The notes under the pieces were generated by a model. The model was not told the origin of the DNA. It saw only the letters and a list, made by a program, of their open reading frames with translations, and ran no database searches. Source: an uncultured bacterium (lineage in GTDB: Bacteria; Margulisbacteria; WOR-1; CAVSGV01). Taken from it: a DNA stretch of 32,000 nucleotides. Where the stretch lies: positions 900,001-932,000 of the forward strand of contig OY969425.1 in assembly GCA_963699255.1 (NCBI GenBank). The letters are read 5' to 3'. Below, piece after piece: positions 29,101 to 32,000 of the stretch; the first letter of the stretch is position 1, and every line of letters begins with the position of its first letter. Position numbers and translations under genes: made by a program.

Positions 29101-32000
29101 TGATCAAAGCCCGATGATGCAAGCTGAGAGGTGAAGGTTTTTACTGTGGCTCCTGCCAACGACTTTATCTTTACTTTTGCCGTGACATCGCCAATGCCAC
29201 CAGATACTTTATATTTGAAAGTGACATAGTCATCGTGATTATCTCCATTCGGGGTGAATATTAACGGCGATGCGACAGCATTTGAAATGCTCAACCCTGA
29301 AATGATCGTGAACTGTGCTTTGCTAATCGTTTCTTCATTCCCCGCCTCATCAACCATTTTTAATCTTATGGGATATACGCCCGGTTCAAACACACCACCA
29401 CTCATCAATTTATCTTTGCTGAAAGTGACGGAATTGCCTTTAGCTTCCTGCGGCTGGCTGGATACTATATTTGATACAACCGCGCCGTAGGAATCGAGAA
29501 TATCAATTGTCACAAAGCTCTTTTCGGTTAAATAATATGAAAAAACAATGTCATCGGTCATTTGATCCAACTCCTGAATGCTTTCCTCTGAAGGGGAGAT
29601 AGCTATCTTCGATGCGTATGGCTTTGAATTGTCTATCCGGACTATCCCTTTCTTTGTGAAATTCGTTTTGGGAGTAACGGCTGAAAAGATGTAATTATAA
29701 CTTCCTTCCTTGACGTTGTTGCCGCTGTTGTCCTTGCCATTCCATTCAGCCTTATATGTGCCCCTTCCAATACCTTCGGAAGAAACAAGAGAATAGATAT
29801 TTCCGCCCATATACGTGACATACGCTTCAACTGTGCAGGTATCGGGGACGGAATAATATAATGTTATCGGATTTGGATTAGGAATAACAAGCGACATGAC
29901 TTCCGGGCTTGCCATAACATCAAGCAGATAGGCCGATTTATCTACCTGAATATTACCATCATAATCATAGACGGTTTCGTTGCCAGCAAGGTCAACGGCT
30001 GTGAAAACAAGTTTATATGTTCCGTTAGTTACCTCGCCTTCGTCGCTTTTGCCATCCCAGACCACATTATTTACGGCATCCTGCGAAGCGATAATATCTA
30101 TCTTCCTGACAAGTTGATCACTAAGGTCTTTGAACTCAAGCGAAACAGCCGCCGCCTTTGACAGAGCAAATGAAATTTGGGTGCTATCATTAATGCCGTC
30201 ATCATTCGGAGTTATCAGGTTTGTTGAAAGACTGATATTTGATATTTTGGGTTTGATAGTATCAACAATTACTTCCTTTGAGGTTTCGCGGTAATTGCCC
30301 GCCTTATCGGTCGCATTGACGTACAACAAGTAGTGTCCGTCGGAGACTCTTTTGCCGTAATAGTCTTTTCCATCCCATGAAATATTATATTTCCCGCATT
30401 CGGGTTCTCTCAAATTGAGAAGTGCGGTTATGTAATTATATTGATTATCAAAAATATTCACATTGACGCTCTGAAGCTCAATCGAACCAGCATCAGTTAC
30501 CCTGAATGTCGCATCAAGTGTGCCGGATGCAACAGGAGAGAAATAATTGTTGTTCATGAAGAAGTCGTAAATCGTTGGAGGGGTGAAGTCGCAAACGGCG
30601 TGGATCTGGCGGGCTTCGTTTCGAGCTTCACTTGTATCATCATAAGTAAATGGAGCAATCGATCCGATCTGTCCGTATCCGTCGCTATCTCTGTAAGCAG
30701 TCCCGTTAAATGCCCTGACATTTATAGCCCACAAACCTTCGCTTGGCAGGGATAAGTGAATAGACCTTGTTTCCGGAGAGACGTTATCTATCAGGACTTC
30801 CCAGTGATCTCTATCGCTTCGCTTGCCGACTATTTGATATTGTTGAAGCTGGATAAAATCGCTTTCGTGGGTGCTGCCCCATGAAATATCTAGACCTTTG
30901 TTATTTATATAATATGTTTCGGCAGTGGGAATGGTGACATGGAAATCGGAAGGCGGCAAATCGGTGCAACATGACTGGATCTTGTTTTTCTTTGCATCGC
31001 AAAAATATAATTTGTTTACACCTTTTTCATTCCTGACCAATACTTTCAACGGCGAAGGGGAAAGCCTGTGGTTGCCATAGGTGCATGTGTACTTTAAATC
31101 CTTTGTGTATCTCTGTATCCTGTGATTACCTTTATCTGCTATATAGAGTGTAGCGGCATCAGCTGTTACAGAATACGCGTAAGTTGAGACCGGAAAATTA
31201 AACCCAACATCTGACAGCGAACCAGAAAAAGAGCCTGAATAATCGAACTGTTGCACTCTATTATTAAGTGAATCTGATACATAAATGCCATTTCCTTTCA
31301 CTGAAACCGATGACGGCATACTGAATTCATCGTCAAAAGTCCCCGATATTTTATTGGAGTAAAAAGTCTTGTATACTTCATGCCCCACAAACCAGGAATT
31401 TCCAAGCTGATAATTTTCTTTGCCAATAACAATATCAAATTTAGAAGCGTTGCCATCATAATCGTATTTTAATATGCGATTATTTAGTGAGTCAGAAACG
31501 TAAACATATCCATTGTTGTCCGTTGTTATCCCCTTTGGAAGATTGAATCTTTCCCCTTCATATGTTCTTGTTTCCCAGTCATCTGAATTGGGAGGCGGGT
31601 TCATTAAATCGTGATAGTTATCTCTTTCGCGTATAAATTTCGCATAGACCTCCGGGCCACTAATATGACTAATCACCTTTAAAGAATCACTCAACACCAG
31701 GACTCGATTATGATAAGTATCGCTGACATAAACCCTGGCGCCATCCGGCGAACAGGCAATGCCATAAGGCCCGGATAGGCCGCTAAAAGAAGCAAGTTGG
31801 ATGCCATTCGGATCATATTTCACGACCTTACCAAGCTGGCAGTAGACAACATACTCATTACCGAATTTATCATATTCAAAATCGCTGATGGCAGGCAATT
31901 CGCTGGTGGGAGGGGGCGTTTCTGAAAGAAGTTCGCAAGCCGATTGCGCATTTACTCTTCCAGCTCCCATGCCTTCGCCAATATAATCAGCCGTACCTTC
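23196..32000 (-). CDS. giant surface protein (>2930 aa, N-terminus probably outside the window): NHL repeats + many FlgD-Ig-like domains + BNR/Asp-box region + CTD
   Basis: The frame stays open from the ATG at 31970 to base 32000 (..EGTADYIGEG-MGAG..) and no signal peptide is visible, so the gene is probably 5'-partial. NHL motifs are present (YVSDTYHNRVLVL, YVSDSLNNRILKYDYDG, YVSDSLNNRVQQFDYSG, YIADKGNHRIQRY). FlgD-Ig-like units recur as F(S/T)PNGDG..D...I.Y......WDGK...G....DG.Y.Y...A.D.AGN. There is an Asp-box (STNSGETW). The C-terminal domain is WPNPFDPNKERTKIRYRL..VTIRIYDITGALV..WDGRNGRGDLVLNGIYPF. Confidence 0.85.
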   Translation of the reverse strand, partial: EGTADYIGEGMGAGRVNAQSACELLSETPPPTSELPAISDFEYDKFGNEYVVYCQLGKVVKYDPNGIQLASFSGLSGPYGIACSPDGARVYVSDTYHNRVLVLSDSLKVISHISGPEVYAKFIRERDNYHDLMNPPPNSDDWETRTYEGERFNLPKGITTDNNGYVYVSDSLNNRILKYDYDGNASKFDIVIGKENYQLGNSWFVGHEVYKTFYSNKISGTFDDEFSMPSSVSVKGNGIYVSDSLNNRVQQFDYSGSFSGSLSDVGFNFPVSTYAYSVTADAATLYIADKGNHRIQRYTKDLKYTCTYGNHRLSPSPLKVLVRNEKGVNKLYFCDAKKNKIQSCCTDLPPSDFHVTIPTAETYYINNKGLDISWGSTHESDFIQLQQYQIVGKRSDRDHWEVLIDNVSPETRSIHLSLPSEGLWAINVRAFNGTAYRDSDGYGQIGSIAPFTYDDTSEARNEARQIHAVCDFTPPTIYDFFMNNNYFSPVASGTLDATFRVTDAGSIELQSVNVNIFDNQYNYITALLNLREPECGKYNISWDGKDYYGKRVSDGHYLLYVNATDKAGNYRETSKEVIVDTIKPKISNISLSTNLITPNDDGINDSTQISFALSKAAAVSLEFKDLSDQLVRKIDIIASQDAVNNVVWDGKSDEGEVTNGTYKLVFTAVDLAGNETVYDYDGNIQVDKSAYLLDVMASPEVMSLVIPNPNPITLYYSVPDTCTVEAYVTYMGGNIYSLVSSEGIGRGTYKAEWNGKDNSGNNVKEGSYNYIFSAVTPKTNFTKKGIVRIDNSKPYASKIAISPSEESIQELDQMTDDIVFSYYLTEKSFVTIDILDSYGAVVSNIVSSQPQEAKGNSVTFSKDKLMSGGVFEPGVYPIRLKMVDEAGNEETISKAQFTIISGLSISNAVASPLIFTPNGDNHDDYVTFKYKVSGGIGDVTAKVKIKSLAGATVKTFTSQLASSGFDQEIWDGKDEQNNMSPDGQYQYEISASDSIGNQASVITGSLTLIRNPTIIVYADPKTISSSGSDMNIYYNINYQGQLITGNSQVTENIYDRSNTIVYYFSDTKGEGNYSNKWNGQNNQTGGIVPNGTYRLEVKSSDPTGTIYYYATDLVVGAPLQITGESPVPAIFTPNGDNHDDNTTIGYVVSGGFGSVVSTVEIKTLSGTTVKTFTDSDAGTPVTCSFTWDGKNGSNNLCPDGKYQYEITAADSTGDLSSSVEGSVILAANPTITMSANPKTISPNNDGVDDTATIHCAISYEGLFSGNSQLTIEVFNGSGIKVYSLTDTRGEGSYSYPWGGENNQAGGYVPDGTYTLEVQATDPTGTVYSYTADLVVSAGLQITGESAVPIIFSPNGDGHDDTTIISYFVSGGVGNGVSTVEIKSLAGTTVKVFSSPYSPGSNPSFTWNGKDVSSNPCPDGEYTYKITAVDSAGNSSPTVSGGIVLAANAAISMYAAPKTLFPNGDGITNASTMYCVISYGGLISGDSQVAMDIFDHYGIKVYSLADTKGEGSYSYTWGGENNQAGGFVPDGTYTLKMQASDPTGTVYSYTTDLLVSAELKITGESSAPIIFTPNGDGHDDTTTIGYVVSGGVGNIVSTVEIKTLSGTTVRTFTGFGIKSPITGSFVWDGKDISNSMCPDGKYICEISALDSAGNTSSLTGGDITLVKSPTISLEAAPLKISPNGDGVDEYTVISYSIDYKGGLISGNSQIAINIYDKTGTKVYSFTDTKGEGNYSLNWDGLNNQIGGKVMDGTYTLEVQATDPTGTVYPFVADLIIDRGPPKISDNGISPTEPITPNGDSQQDDVTIKYQVTDVGNPISSVEVRIYNSAVTFDASTLVRSLIGSAGGDTLWDGRVNIRGGNGDADGNGYADMGLYKYVIKASDVFGNTATLVSNNSIQVDKVYLSFGEILSDPSNPYFSPNGDGIKDSTVISFNLETTGEVHPYYLQSKGMKIAGMKIMASGYNVGKVTMKIKDMSGNTIRTLMDSVSREAGITYEVTWDGKNSSGTVVSDGSYTIEVKAVDMIGDPATNSIISGITSNCSQAVVDTVAPVAQITSPPDSSWQKGTINIIGSVYDANHVNYSIGYNGSYTNLGTGEGNKTNESIIPWDASAVNKTCTIELYAVDAAGNTAEARRTFNVDNLPPQISNILIKSNGQPRSYFNPYLDGTISVEYQIDDNSFNASGYTVPCSSITLDSDVWNGATKIAALKINQPVTSGSKYVSWTGLNDASPSDYVNEGNYQIRLSLTDLAGNNTVITQTVSIADDQQVTTHESGSYSHDPNLQETAGYLFLKYATGESFGDKIISRYASYYDYGAAGLNFEFPFTVTSGHQTLNLCYWMALNSYGGYLMKISDMNNSDSSPWRYVDNTSNGDTVTKTQYKSITLPAGKYYAYVYANAPHNQSAGSGLKITYEAQEYNRKKSLLLPINNGWNAGITLESIPDILSASSSNGKIAHYVWSSEYKGQSNYAEDHDPPPPYYYSVLSTFTSFGNNQIVYNKRTNGTLRGTTYLWGPQNYWSDWYPIESRISNGNGDAINPAITTNTAGTNVYVVWEDYRNNGNTRGKIYLTLSTNSGETWPTDGSLIVSSSGNCIMPSIALIGNTIYVAYIDDANGGHKELYVRKGTVNGAGNSIDWSSPGNGTARITMHDFTNCEASKPSIVCETSGNAYVAWEDTRTGTSEIFFQKIPSNFAPFTSSGMTTMSMPIEQPVIQTPIIIQSSSSTPELISPIDKATVKSLRPTFKWYGVQNVKDYRIECATTSDETSLSGSLDYFTATITDVSAAKPVCEYTQNEHFMGLDESTPNNPYWYWRVQTITSEASTSEVGSFRIELPSSLSSVTNWPNPFDPNKERTKIRYRLGREPNSVTIRIYDITGALVKELDGTTNPEGASIWSKYNDVEWDGRNGRGDLVLNGIYPFEITVNYGDKSVTGRGNIAVLK
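23199..23500 (-). other. C-terminal FlgD-Ig/T9SS-CTD-like sorting domain of the giant protein
   Basis: The last ~100 aa read VTNWPNPFDPNKERTKIRYRLGREPNSVTIRIYDITGALVKELDG..VEWDGRNGRGDLVLNGIYPFEITVNYGDKSVTGRGNIAVLK. Confidence 0.55.
26675..29300 (-). repeat. four tandem copies of a ~657-660-nt (about 219-aa) two-domain coding super-repeat
   Basis: Each unit runs from L(Q/K)ITGES..P.IFTPNGD.HDD...I.Y.VSGG.G...STVEIK.L.GTTV..F......F.WDGK......CPDG.Y.Y.I.A.DS.GN to ..ISPN.DGV.........I.Y.G.L.SG.SQ......G.KVYS..DT.GEG.YS..W.G.NNQ.GG.V.DGTYTL.VQA.DPTGTVY... Unit anchors lie at ~29300, 28641, 27981 and 27324. The DNA copies have diverged and no long exact repeats were seen. Confidence 0.8.
30985..31883 (-). 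other. NHL-repeat (six-bladed-propeller-type) region of the giant protein
   Basis: There are at least five NHL-like blades between residues ~30 and ~330. Each has the pattern G(I/V).....G..YV.D..N.R(I/V)..(Y/F)...G. Confidence 0.65.

Overview
Bacterial window with three parts; the taxon cannot be assigned from sequence alone. No CRISPR array, rRNA or transposase was seen.
(1) 1-11.1 kb is core-like, with about 50-57% G+C in hand-counted lines. The plus strand carries the 3' part of a DEAD-box helicase, typA/bipA and an srkA/rdoA-like kinase. A tightly packed minus-strand operon follows: a 1610-aa repeat-built surface protein ending in a T9SS-type C-terminal sorting domain, then a PorV/PorQ-like outer-membrane barrel with a TPR tail (ATGA stop/start overlap), then a signal/TPR - TM - zinc-ribbon - ExeA/MshM-like AAA ATPase (8-nt gap).
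(2) An initiator tRNA-Met lies at 11568-11641. It is preceded by two copies of a 55-nt double-hairpin repeat and followed by about 10.5 kb of AT-rich accessory DNA (about 25-35% G+C in sampled lines). This DNA holds an int/xis/zinc-finger-gene mini-element with a candidate imperfect attR. Next is a two-gene cassette of unknown function: a 431-aa PD-(D/E)XK-like protein and a 237-aa protein, a possible defence module. Then comes a ketosynthase-ACP-hotdog thioesterase-7TM/GAF histidine kinase operon, with a convergent, 29-nt-overlapping receiver-only response regulator. A second int/xis pair closes the segment.
(3) 22.2-32 kb carries a second PorV-like barrel joined by the same ATGA junction to an ORF of more than 2930 aa that is open at the window edge. 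That ORF has NHL repeats, many FlgD-Ig-like domains including a 4x 660-nt super-repeat, a BNR/Asp-box region and a CTD.
The best candidates for undescribed biology are the cargo-barrel(-ATPase) modules, the nuclease-like two-gene cassette and the mobile lipid-synthesis/sensor-kinase operon.
All family assignments rest on motifs read by eye and need profile searches.
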